A stretch of DNA of 32,000 nt from Micrococcus luteus NCTC 2665 (lineage in GTDB: Bacteria; Actinomycetota; Actinomycetes; Actinomycetales; Micrococcaceae): positions 690,001-722,000 of the forward strand of contig NC_012803.1 in the NCBI RefSeq assembly GCF_000023205.1, written 5' to 3'. The position numbers and the translations under genes are program-made. Positions 23,474 through 31,846 of the stretch are shown here, piece after piece (the stretch's first letter is position 1; every line of letters begins with the position of its first letter). The notes below the pieces were generated by a model. It was not told the DNA's origin, ran no database searches, and saw nothing but the letters and a program-made list of their open reading frames with translations.

Positions 23474-24355
23474 TCAGGCCGCTGCTGCGGTCGTGTAGAT
23501 CATCTCAAACTCGACGGGCGTGAGCTTGCCTAGGGCGCGCTGGCGACGTCGGCGGTTGTACTTGGTTTCGATCCAGGTGACCATCGCGAGGCGGAGGTCT
23601 TCGCGGGTGTCCCAGCGTCGGGTGTTGAGCACGTTCTTTTGCAGCAGTGCGAAGAAGCTCTCCATGCTGGCGTTGTCGCCGGCGCCGTAGGAGCGGCCCA
23701 TCGATCCGACGAGATCGTTGTTCGCGAGCAGCCGTTGGGTCTTCTTGGCGCGAAATTGGCCGCCCCTGTCCGAGTGGCACACGGTGTCGACTGGTGAGCG
23801 CAGCGCGATGGCGTTGCGCATCGCGGCCCGGGCGAGCGAAGACTTCATCCGGGAGTCGATGGAGTAGCCGACGATCTTGTTCGACCAGACGTCCTTGATC
23901 GCGCAGATGTAGATCTTCCCTTCCCGCGTGGGGTGCTCCGAGATGTCCCACAGCCAGACTTTGTTCGGGCCGTTGGCGACGAACTCGTGTCGGACGATGC
24001 CGTGCTCGTCGACCACCGCGAGGAGGTCGTCGTGCGGCGCCGGACCGGTGGAGCCCGCCTTGCTGCGCTTCTTGTGGTGTGACGCGGTGATGCCGGCGAT
24101 CCGACAGAGCCGGTGGACGCGGTTCTCGCCGACCCTGATGCCGTGCTCGAGGTCGAGCTCGTCGCTGAGGAACCTGTAGCCCAGCGTGGCGTCGTCCTCA
24201 TGGATGTCGTAGAGGACGTCGATGAGGTGTGCGTCATCCCAGTCGCGCTGACAGACCGGGTCTTTGAGCCACTTGTAGTACCCCTGGGTCGACAAGCCCA
24301 GGACCCTGCACGCCACCGCGACCGGCACCCTGATCGGGGCGCCGGTCTCGGCCAT
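23474..24355 (-). CDS. IS3-family transposase orfB (rve/DDE integrase domain)
   Basis: WLWDISEHPTREGKIYICAIKDVWSNKIVGYS...VCHSDRGGQFRAKK...GSMGRSYGAGDNASMESFFALLQKNVL...KYNRRRRQRALGKLTPVEFE. A -1 slip at GGGAAAA reads GKIVFPLVREMAETGAP, joining orfA to orfB. Confidence 0.9.
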   Translation of the reverse strand: MAETGAPIRVPVAVACRVLGLSTQGYYKWLKDPVCQRDWDDAHLIDVLYDIHEDDATLGYRFLSDELDLEHGIRVGENRVHRLCRIAGITASHHKKRSKAGSTGPAPHDDLLAVVDEHGIVRHEFVANGPNKVWLWDISEHPTREGKIYICAIKDVWSNKIVGYSIDSRMKSSLARAAMRNAIALRSPVDTVCHSDRGGQFRAKKTQRLLANNDLVGSMGRSYGAGDNASMESFFALLQKNVLNTRRWDTREDLRLAMVTWIETKYNRRRRQRALGKLTPVEFEMIYTTAAAA

Positions 24356-24375
24356 CTCACGGACGAGCGGGAAGA

Positions 24376-24663
24376 CTATTTTCCCGGCAGGTTCGCCTGC
24401 GACAGGTAGGCAGCGGCCCGGCGTAGGACCTCGTTCTCCTGCTCGAGGAGTCGAATCCTCTTGTTTGCCTCACGCAGCTGCTTGCGCTCGTCTTCAGTCA
24501 GGCCGGGACGGCGGCCGTCCTCGATGTCGGCCTGTTTCATCCAGTTCGCCAGCGAGCCTTCGGAGATGCCGAAGTCCTTCGCGATCTGCGACAAGGGCGC
24601 CCGGCCCTGGCGGGCCACGGCCACGACGTCGTCACGGAACTCTTTGGGGTAGGGCTTTGCCAC
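24376..24663 (-). CDS. IS3-family transposase orfA (HTH)
   Basis: MAKPYPKEFRDDVVAVARQGRAPLSQIAKDFGISEGSLANWMKQADIEDG...LREANKRIRLLEQENEVLRRAAAYLS. A slippery heptamer G-GGA-AAA (24379-24385, minus strand) lies just before the stop. Confidence 0.9.
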   Translation of the reverse strand: MAKPYPKEFRDDVVAVARQGRAPLSQIAKDFGISEGSLANWMKQADIEDGRRPGLTEDERKQLREANKRIRLLEQENEVLRRAAAYLSQANLPGK

Positions 24664-24742
24664 GGGGACATCCTTCCGCCTGAGGCCGAAACCTCAGAGG
24701 TCAGGTGTCAACCGAACTCGGGGCAGTCCCAAGGACTGGTTC

Positions 24743-25681
24743 GTGTTCCTCGGTGCCCAGAACCTGGACTGGTGTGAGGTGCGATTGGAGAACGTCGCCG
24801 AGTTCGTCGCCTGGCTACGCCGACCGCCGCAGCTGCGCGACGGGACGGTCCCGATCCTGCCGTCGGTGGAGCATCACTGCACTGAGTCCACGGTCAACCG
24901 GAAACTCTCCGCGCTCAGCGCTTTCTACCAGCACGCGGCGCGCCACGGCGTCGACCTCGGGGAGTTGCTCAGGGCGTGGCAGCCGGCCGGAGGTCGTGGC
25001 TCGGGGTGGAAGCCGTTCTTGCACCACATCAGCAAGGGCAAACCGCAGGCTCGGCGGGCCATCGTGCTGAGCGCGCAGAGCAAGCTCCCGCGCGTGCTCT
25101 CCGCCGCCGAGGTGCAGACGATCCTCGATGCCTGTGACCATCTGCGGGACCGGTTCTTGTTCGCGGTGCTGTTCGACACCGGGATGCGGATCGGTGAGGC
25201 GCTGGGGCTGCGGCATGAGGACATTGCCGCTGCCGAGTCCCAGATCACGGTCCAGCGCCGGGTCAATGACAACGGTGCCCGCTCCAAGTCATGCGCACCG
25301 CGGACGGTGCCGGTCAGCGCGGAGCTGGTCCGGCTCTACGCCGACTACCTTCACCTGGAGTACGACGATCTAGACTCCGACTACGTCTTCGTCAACCTCT
25401 GGGGCCGACCCCACGGTCACCCGCTGACCTACACGGCCGTCTACGACCTGGTCAAGCGTCTGCGGCGGCGCACCGGGATCGACTTCGACCCGCACTGGTA
25501 CCGCCACACCGCCGCGACCCGGATGCTGCGCGACGGTGTGCCGATCGAGGTGGTCTCCAAGCTCCTCGGCCACGCCGACATCACCACCACCACCGCCGTC
25601 TACGGGCACCTGAGCGCCGAGGACGCTCGCAAGGCGCTGGAGGAAGCGGGTTGGTTCACCGGCCGAGAGGTGCGACTGTGA
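24743..25681 (+). CDS. Tyrosine recombinase, Tn554 TnpA-like; its true 5' end (ATG 23412 plus 5 codons) is displaced by the IS3 insertion
   Basis: SAM-like N-domain (VAEFVAWLR...STVNRKLSALSAFYQHAARHG). Catalytic region FDTGMRIGEALGLRHEDI ... HWYRHTAATRMLRDGVPIEVVSKLLGHADITTTTAVYGHL (R..H-x-x-R..H..Y). The frame is open back to the IS3 end at 24732. Confidence 0.8.
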   Translation: MFLGAQNLDWCEVRLENVAEFVAWLRRPPQLRDGTVPILPSVEHHCTESTVNRKLSALSAFYQHAARHGVDLGELLRAWQPAGGRGSGWKPFLHHISKGKPQARRAIVLSAQSKLPRVLSAAEVQTILDACDHLRDRFLFAVLFDTGMRIGEALGLRHEDIAAAESQITVQRRVNDNGARSKSCAPRTVPVSAELVRLYADYLHLEYDDLDSDYVFVNLWGRPHGHPLTYTAVYDLVKRLRRRTGIDFDPHWYRHTAATRMLRDGVPIEVVSKLLGHADITTTTAVYGHLSAEDARKALEEAGWFTGREVRL

Positions 25682-27153
25682 GTGCGCCGAGCCCGCTGGC
25701 GCCCGAACAGCCATCAAGGGCCGGGCGTGAGCGGCGCCGAACGTCCCTTCAGACCAACAGCTGGGATGCTGAGTACGGCAAGGACGTCTGGCGGCTGCGT
25801 GAACTTGGCATCAAGGACAGACGGCTGGCCCGGATCACCTTCGAGGACATCCCGCAGCCCTGGCTCAAAGCCTTGGCCAAACGCTGGGCCCGCTGGCGCC
25901 TGGCCACGGGCCTCGGGGTGGTCAGCGTCTCCTCGGGCACCCGGGCGATCGCGCACTTCGGGCAGTTCCTCGCGGACGTGGCACCCTCCGTCCAGGGGCT
26001 GGCAGACCTGGACCGGGACCTGCTGGAGCGCTACCTCGCGCACCTGCACGCCCGGTTCTCGGGCACCGTGAAGCACCGCATGTTGATCGGCCAGCTGAAC
26101 CTGTTCTTCACCACCATCCGGCAGCACGGCTGGGACGATTCCCTGCCTTCGACGGTGATGTTCTTCAGCGAGGACTTCCCCAAGGAGGCCATCCGGCAAC
26201 CGCGCGCGCTGAGCGAAACCGTGATGGCTCAGCTGGAGAACCCGGACAACCTCGCCAAGTGGAACAACGCCGCCTATGAGCTGATCACGCTGATCCTGAT
26301 GGGCTGCGGGCTGCGCATCACCGACACCGTCCGTCTGCCGACCGACTGCATCGTCTACGACGGCGAGGGAGCGCCCTACCTGCGCTACCTCAACCACAAG
26401 ATGAAACGCGAAGCCCTGGTGCCCATCGACGCCGACCTCGCCGAAGCCATCACTGCGCAGCGTCGCCGTGTGCACGAGCGGTGGCCGGGCGGGGAGCCGG
26501 TGCTCTTCCCGCGAGTCACGGACAACGACGACGGCCGCGAGTCGGTCGGGGACGGGGTCTACCGCAAGGCGCTGCACAGCTGGCTCAAGCGCTGCGACGT
26601 CCGTGATGAGCACGGCCAGCCCGTTCGCGTCGTCCCGCACAGTTTCCGGCACACCCTGGGTACGAGACTGATCAACCGAGACGTCCCCCAAGAAGTGGTC
26701 CGGCGGATTCTCGACCACGACTCCCACGTCATGACCGCCCACTATGCCCGGCTCAGTGACACCACGATCCGCCGGCACTGGGAAGCTGCACGGAAGGTCA
26801 ACATCAAGGGCGAGACCGTCACCCTCGACCCGCACGGCCCCTTGGCCGAGGCGGCCTGGGCCAAGCAGCGCGTCGGGCGGGCCACCCAGGCCCTGCCCAA
26901 CGGCTTCTGCGGACTGCCGGTCCAGCAATCCTGCCCGCACGCGAACGCGTGCCTGAGCTGCCCAATGTTCATCACCACCTCCGAGTTCCTGCCCGAGCAC
27001 CGCCAGCATCGTCAACAGGTCGTGCAGATCATCACCGCTGCCGAAGCCCGCGGCCAGCAACGACTGATCGAGATGAACCAGCAGGTCCTGGGAAACCTCG
27101 ATCAGATCATCACCTCGTTGGAGGACGACCAGGACGACGAGGCAAGTACCTGA
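25678..27153 (+). CDS. Second tyrosine recombinase, Tn554 TnpB-like
   Basis: GTG 25678 overlaps the upstream stop (GTGA). The ORF-track start 25291 lies inside the upstream gene. LILMGCGLRITDTVRL, HSFRHTLGTRLINRDVPQEVVRRILDHDSHVMTAHYARL and the Cys-rich FCGLPVQQSCPHANACLSCPMFITT tail seen in this class. 491 aa. Confidence 0.8.
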   Translation: MSAPSPLAPEQPSRAGRERRRTSLQTNSWDAEYGKDVWRLRELGIKDRRLARITFEDIPQPWLKALAKRWARWRLATGLGVVSVSSGTRAIAHFGQFLADVAPSVQGLADLDRDLLERYLAHLHARFSGTVKHRMLIGQLNLFFTTIRQHGWDDSLPSTVMFFSEDFPKEAIRQPRALSETVMAQLENPDNLAKWNNAAYELITLILMGCGLRITDTVRLPTDCIVYDGEGAPYLRYLNHKMKREALVPIDADLAEAITAQRRRVHERWPGGEPVLFPRVTDNDDGRESVGDGVYRKALHSWLKRCDVRDEHGQPVRVVPHSFRHTLGTRLINRDVPQEVVRRILDHDSHVMTAHYARLSDTTIRRHWEAARKVNIKGETVTLDPHGPLAEAAWAKQRVGRATQALPNGFCGLPVQQSCPHANACLSCPMFITTSEFLPEHRQHRQQVVQIITAAEARGQQRLIEMNQQVLGNLDQIITSLEDDQDDEAST

Positions 27154-27542
27154 TGCATGCCGATAACAGCCACCACTTGATCGCCGCCGCCCAGCGGCGC
27201 CACGAGACCGCCCGTGCCAAAGCCACCCAGGCTCTTCGCGACCTCGACCGCGAGGGAGGAGCAGTCACCTTCCAGATCGTCGCGCAGAAGGCACACGTCT
27301 CGCGGTCCTGGCTCTACACCCAGGACGACATCTGCGCCGAGGTCCGCCGGCTCCGCGGCCTCCAGCAGGGTGCCGTCGGCGCACCACTGCCCGCGTCTCA
27401 ACGTTCCACCGATGCATCCCTGATACGCCGCCTCGAAGTTGCCAACGCGCGCGTCCGCGACCTCACCGCCGAGAACCAGCGACTCCGGAAACAACTGGAA
27501 CACGCCCTCGGGCGACTACGGGCGTCGAACCCGGAGCGGTGA
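27153..27542 (+). CDS. Small third protein of the recombinase module (Tn554 TnpC position; DUF6262-like), C-terminal coiled coil
   Basis: ATG 27153 overlaps the upstream stop (TGATG). 129 aa. VTFQIVAQKAHVSRSWLYTQ is HTH-like. LEVANARVRDLTAENQRLRKQLEHALGRL is leucine-zipper-like. Confidence 0.65.
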   Translation: MHADNSHHLIAAAQRRHETARAKATQALRDLDREGGAVTFQIVAQKAHVSRSWLYTQDDICAEVRRLRGLQQGAVGAPLPASQRSTDASLIRRLEVANARVRDLTAENQRLRKQLEHALGRLRASNPER

Positions 27543-28099
27543 CTGGGGCCGAGCAGCTTGACGGACGACCCCAGATAACCACGTCCACAAGGAAGACCCC
27601 CGATCCGCTGAGTCTTGTGCTGGACGTCACGGCCACGTCTGACCAGACTCCAGATAACCACCGTTTCCGCCCCTTGGTGCAAGATGTCGGGACTGGTGTG
27701 TGATCAGGTGCCAGGTGGATCGAACCGCCTGACTGACATCGGACGGAACCGGGGCACGACGCCGTCGGCGACGTTGGAGGCACAGGAGAAGACGCGCCGT
27801 CTCGTAGCCTGGCCGTTCGTGGCGGGGCAGGTCTGGGATCTGCTCGGTTTCGGTAGGTGCGCGTCGCTGTGGAGGGAGCTTCGTCGATGACGGTCTTCGG
27901 GATCATCTGGCTCAGTGTGCTCACCCACCTGCCGTCCGGAATCGACCCGTTCCGGGCCGTGGGCCTCCATCTGGGGGCAGCCGCGCTCAGCGGCTTCATC
28001 CTCCACGTGCTGACGGGCGGTTCTGCCGACCGGGCGGCATGCACCGCCCCCTACGAGCGCCGTGTCGCGTTCAGCACTCTGATGGGCCTCCCCGCCCCC

Positions 28100-28945
28100 T
28101 CACTCCGCCAGGAACTCCAACAGGATCCGGTTGAACTCCTCGGAGTGGCTGATGCTGAAGCCGTGCGGGGCATCCTTGACCAGTTCGACGCGGCTGCCGT
28201 CGATCGCCTTGTGCGTCCGCTTGCCGGAGCCCTTGAACGGCACGATCTGGTCGGCGTCGCCGTGCAGGACCAGGGCCGGCACGGTCACCGCCGGCAGGTC
28301 GCGGCGGAAGTCGGTGGCCCCGAACGCGTCCATGCAGGCCAGCGCCGCCGTCTGGTCGGACTGCAGCGCCATCCGGATGGCCTCCTGGCGCTGCTCCTCG
28401 GTGACCTTGAGGCTGCTGGTCAGGCCGGCGAGCTTGGGGGTGGAGAAGAACGTCGTCGTGAAGTCGTCGAAGAACGACTCGCGGTCCTTCTCGAGACCCG
28501 CGCGCATCTCGGCGGCCTGCTTCTCGGTCAGCGGGCCGTCCGGGTTGTCGTCGGTCTTCAGCAGGTACGGGGGCACCGCGCCGGCGAACACCACCGAGTG
28601 GATCCGGTCCGCGCCGAACCGGGACATGTAGCGCGCCACCTCGCCGCCGCCCATCGAGAAGCCCACGAGCGTCACGTCGCGCAGGTCGAGCTCGGTGAGC
28701 AGGCCGTGCAGGTCGGCGGTCATCGTGTCGTAGTCGTAGCCGCCGGCGGGCTTCTCCGAGGCGCCGAAGCCCCGCCGGTCGTAGGTGATCACGCGGTAGT
28801 GCGGGGACAGGGCTGCGACCTGGTCCTTCCAGGAGTCGAGGGTCAGCGGCCAGCCGTGGATGAGGACCACGGGACGCCCGTGGCCGGCCTCCTCCACGTT
28901 CAGCCCGATCGTGCCGTGGTCCGTGGGGATCTGCATGAGGGTCAT
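28100..28945 (-). CDS. Alpha/beta hydrolase, non-haem haloperoxidase/arylesterase-like
   Basis: PVVLIHGWPL, YRVITYDRRGFGAS, nucleophile elbow LVGFSMGGGE, HGDADQIVP and the C-terminal DAPHG. Confidence 0.85.
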   Translation of the reverse strand: MTLMQIPTDHGTIGLNVEEAGHGRPVVLIHGWPLTLDSWKDQVAALSPHYRVITYDRRGFGASEKPAGGYDYDTMTADLHGLLTELDLRDVTLVGFSMGGGEVARYMSRFGADRIHSVVFAGAVPPYLLKTDDNPDGPLTEKQAAEMRAGLEKDRESFFDDFTTTFFSTPKLAGLTSSLKVTEEQRQEAIRMALQSDQTAALACMDAFGATDFRRDLPAVTVPALVLHGDADQIVPFKGSGKRTHKAIDGSRVELVKDAPHGFSISHSEEFNRILLEFLAE

Positions 28946-29032
28946 GTGCGTCTGCCTTCCTGTGCTCTCGGGGGACGACGGCGGCGCTCGGCCGCCGCTT
29001 CCTCCTCACGCTAGGCAGGCGCTCGGCGCGTG

Positions 29033-29695
29033 TCAGGCTTCGGCCTCCGCCATCCGGCGCAGCGTCGGCGCGTTGAGGGCGGCGTGGCCGTGGTTGTCGT
29101 TGTAGAAGGAGACGTAGGCGGGCGGTGCTCCCGCCGGGTCCGCGTTGGGGAAGCGCACGTAGGCGAGACGCCCGGTCGCGCGCAGCACCGGCTCCCGCCC
29201 GGCGATCACCGAGACCACGAACCCCGCCCCGTGCCGGTCGAGGAGGTCGAACACGTCCTCGTCCAGCCAGGACTCGTGCTGGACCTCCACCGCCACGCGC
29301 ACCCGCTCGGGCAGCAGGCCGAGGAACCCGGCGAGCCGGTCGTCGTCGCGGTGCAGGTGGGCCGGCAGCTGCAGCAGCAGCGGCCCGGCGTGGTCACCGA
29401 GCAGGTCCAGCGTGTGCACGATGCGCTCCACCCAGTCCTGCGGCTCGTTCAGCTTGCGGTAGTGGGTCAGGTAGCGGGAGGCCTTGACGGCCATCTCGAA
29501 GCCGGCGGGCAGGCGCTCGCGCCAGGCCTCGACGGTGCTGTCCGCCGGCCAGCGGTAGTGGGAACCGTTGAGCTCGACCGTCCGGAATCGCTCCGTGTAG
29601 TGGTCGAGCTGATCGGCGATCCGCAGCCCCTGCGGGTAGAAGGTCCCGCGCCAGTGCTTGTAGGTCCAGCCGGAGGTCCCGATCCGCACATCCAT
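29033..29695 (-). CDS. DUF72 (YecE-like) family protein
   Basis: MDVRIGTSGWTYKHWRGTFYPQGL...FRTVELNGSHYRWP...FEMAVKASRYLTH...LLLQLP. Start taken at internal ATG 29695; the ORF extends to 29740. Confidence 0.8.
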   Translation of the reverse strand: MDVRIGTSGWTYKHWRGTFYPQGLRIADQLDHYTERFRTVELNGSHYRWPADSTVEAWRERLPAGFEMAVKASRYLTHYRKLNEPQDWVERIVHTLDLLGDHAGPLLLQLPAHLHRDDDRLAGFLGLLPERVRVAVEVQHESWLDEDVFDLLDRHGAGFVVSVIAGREPVLRATGRLAYVRFPNADPAGAPPAYVSFYNDNHGHAALNAPTLRRMAEAEA

Positions 29696-29769
29696 CCCCC
29701 GACGATAGCCCCGGCCCGGGTCCCCGGGTCTTGCCTGCACCCTCCGTCGCCCGCGTAGCGTCCCGGGCC

Positions 29770-30699
29770 ATGAGCACTTCCGAGTCGACCCCCACCACCG
29801 CCGTCGAGGACTCCCAGCTGGCCCACGACGACCCGCGCACCCGCCACCCGAAGCTCCGCGTCGCCAAGCAGCGCCAGCCCGAGCCGGGCCTGGACGTGAA
29901 GACGGATCCCGTCCCGGACATCGGTCTGGACTCGTACCGGGGGGCGGGCCGGCTGACCGGCCGCAAGGCCCTGATCACCGGCGGCGACTCCGGCATCGGT
30001 GCCGCGGTCGCCATCGCCTACGCCCGTGAGGGCGCGGACGTCGCCATCGCCTACCTGCCTCAGGAGCAGCCCGACGCCGACCGCGTCCTGGCGGCGATCG
30101 AGGCGGCCGGGCGCACCGCCGTCGCGCTGCCGGGGGACCTGATGGACGCGGACTACCGTGCCGCCCTCGTGGACGAGGCGGCGAAGCGCCTCGGCGGCCT
30201 GGACATCCTCGTGAACAACGCGGGCAAGCAGTTCATCTCCGATGACCTGACCGATCTCACCGACGAGCAGGTCCACGAGACGTTCCAGATCAACATCATG
30301 TCCATGTTCACGCTCAGCCGCGCCGCGCTGAAGCACATGGGCCCGGGCAGCACGATCGTGAACACCACCTCGGTGCAGGCCTACAACCCCAACCCGAGGC
30401 TCCTCGACTACGCCGCCACCAAGGGCGCCATCAACAACTTCACCAAGGGCCTGGCCGAGCAGCTCGGCCCGAAGGGCATCCGCGTCAACGCGGTGGCGCC
30501 CGGGCCCATCTGGACGGTGCAGCACGTGTCCTACGGTGAGCCCGAGGAGAAGCTGCCCGAGTTCGGCCACAGCACCCCCATCGGCCGCGCCGGCCAGCCC
30601 GTGGAGATGGCGCCCGCCTATGTGTTCCTGGCCTCGGGCGAGTCCAGCTACGTCAACGGCGAGACCCTGAACGCCAACGGCGGCACGCCCACCCCGTGA
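29770..30699 (+). CDS. SDR-family oxidoreductase (YghA / general-stress-protein-39-like)
   Basis: GRKALITGGDSGIGAAVAIAYAREGADVAIAYL, ILVNNAG, YAATKGAINNFTKGLAEQLGPKGIRVNAVAPGPIWT. Start taken at ATG 29770. Confidence 0.85.
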   Translation: MSTSESTPTTAVEDSQLAHDDPRTRHPKLRVAKQRQPEPGLDVKTDPVPDIGLDSYRGAGRLTGRKALITGGDSGIGAAVAIAYAREGADVAIAYLPQEQPDADRVLAAIEAAGRTAVALPGDLMDADYRAALVDEAAKRLGGLDILVNNAGKQFISDDLTDLTDEQVHETFQINIMSMFTLSRAALKHMGPGSTIVNTTSVQAYNPNPRLLDYAATKGAINNFTKGLAEQLGPKGIRVNAVAPGPIWTVQHVSYGEPEEKLPEFGHSTPIGRAGQPVEMAPAYVFLASGESSYVNGETLNANGGTPTP

Positions 30700-31766
30700 C
30701 CGCCCGCCTCCTCGCCGACGTCGACACCGGCATCGACGATGCCTGCGCCCTGCTCCACCTCGTGGGCGCCCACCGCCTCGGCGCCGGCCCCGAGCTCGTG
30801 GCCGTCACCACCACGGGCGGCAACGCGACCGCCCGGGACTGCGCCCTGAACACGGCCGCGGTGCTGGACCTGGTCGGCCGGGCCGACGTCGAGGTGGCCG
30901 TCGGTGCCGAGACCCCGCTGCGCCGGCCCGCGGTCACCACCCCGGAGACCCACGGCGACGGCGGTCTCGGCCATGCCCGGATCGATCGGCGCCCTGAGTG
31001 GCTCTCGCCCCGGCCCGCCGTGGAGGTGTGGCTGGACGAGCTTCGGGCCCACCCCGGGGAGACGACGATCCTCTGCACCGCGCCGCTGACGAACCTGGCC
31101 CTCGCGCTGCGCGTCGAGCCGCGCCTGCCGTTCCTCGCCCGCGGCATCGTGATCATGGGCGGCTCCTTCTATCATCCGGGCAACACCACGCCCACCGCCG
31201 AGTGGAACACCTGGGTGGACCCGGACGCCGCGAAGGAGGTGTTCGCGGCCTTCGAGGGCCTGCCCGAGGATCGCCTGCCGGTGGTGTGCGCGCTCGAGAC
31301 CACGGAGCGGATCGAGTACACGCCGGCCCTGCTGGACGGCCTCCTGGCCGACGCCGGGGCCAGCCCCGTCGGCTGGTCCGCGGACCGACCGCGGGTCGCC
31401 GGGCCGGCCGCCGCGACCGGCCGCCCCGTCCTGGACGTGCTCGCCGACGCGCTGCGCTTCTACTTCGAGTTCCACCACGACTACGACCAGGGCTACATCG
31501 CCCACCTGCACGACCTCTTCGCCGCCCAGGTGGCCGCGGGCCAGGCCCGCATCGCCACCCGGGCCACCGTCGTCGACGTCGAGGCGGACTCGGAGCTGCT
31601 GCGCGGCACCACCGTCCACGACACGCGGGACATCTGGGGCAGGCGCCCCAACGCCCGGCTCGTCACGGCCAACGACCCCGCGGAGGTGTTCGCGGCCTTC
31701 GCCCGCGCGGTGGGCGCCGTCGTCGCGGAGGAGCGGACGTCCGACGGCGGCGCCCCGGCCCGGTGA
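30696..31766 (+). CDS. Nucleoside hydrolase (IUNH family)
   Basis: N-terminal DVDTGIDDACAL aspartate cluster, later ILCTAPLTNLALAL and EWNTWVDPDAA. The GTG start overlaps the upstream stop. Confidence 0.8.
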   Translation: MTARLLADVDTGIDDACALLHLVGAHRLGAGPELVAVTTTGGNATARDCALNTAAVLDLVGRADVEVAVGAETPLRRPAVTTPETHGDGGLGHARIDRRPEWLSPRPAVEVWLDELRAHPGETTILCTAPLTNLALALRVEPRLPFLARGIVIMGGSFYHPGNTTPTAEWNTWVDPDAAKEVFAAFEGLPEDRLPVVCALETTERIEYTPALLDGLLADAGASPVGWSADRPRVAGPAAATGRPVLDVLADALRFYFEFHHDYDQGYIAHLHDLFAAQVAAGQARIATRATVVDVEADSELLRGTTVHDTRDIWGRRPNARLVTANDPAEVFAAFARAVGAVVAEERTSDGGAPAR

Positions 31767-31846
31767 CCGCCGTCGGGAATGCCGGCCGCCCGCGCGCGGT
31801 TGCATCCGACGCATCCGCCCGACCCCGACCTTCCAGGAGCTCCCTC

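Larger units (their letters stand above)
23431..24731 (-). mobile_element. IS3-family insertion sequence (about 1.3 kb), TG...CA ends, about 27-bp imperfect IRs
   Basis: The left end is tgggactgcccccactttggttgacac (from 23431). The reverse complement of the right end is tgggactgccccgagttcggttgacac (ends 24731). orfA/orfB lie on the minus strand. A possible 3-bp duplication AAG (23427-23429 and 24731-24733) exists if the ends are shifted by 1 nt. Confidence 0.85.
5505..27560. mobile_element. Composite genomic island 3' of tRNA-Asn: T4SS-type actinobacterial conjugative element (apparently decayed), IS cluster and Tn554-like recombinase module. The right boundary is approximate and could lie anywhere in 27543-27900.
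   Basis: Housekeeping genes flank it on both sides. It starts at a tRNA 3' end and carries conjugation, regulatory, IS and recombinase genes throughout. Confidence 0.6.

Noticed and set aside
25714-27060. 448-aa minus-strand ORF opposite the TnpB-like recombinase. Similar long antisense ORFs lie at 9021-10376, 17971-19323, 16316-17233, 11582-12646, 30648-31814, 29467-30570 and 357-1115.
   Set aside because: All overlap plus- or minus-strand genes with clear family motifs. Their translations are compositionally biased junk. They are shadow frames expected at this GC content.
27700-27790. tRNA-like fragment on the minus strand (ggcggttcgatccacc, resembling a T arm) near the right island boundary
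   Set aside because: The flanking bases do not pair into a T stem (ggcgg versus cacct). No acceptor or anticodon arms can be folded. It is also in the opposite orientation to tRNA-Asn.
27857-29014. 385-aa plus-strand ORF as a complete gene
   Set aside because: Beyond about 28075 it is the antisense shadow of the alpha/beta hydrolase. Only the first 60 or so codons look gene-like, and these are reported separately as a possible fragment.
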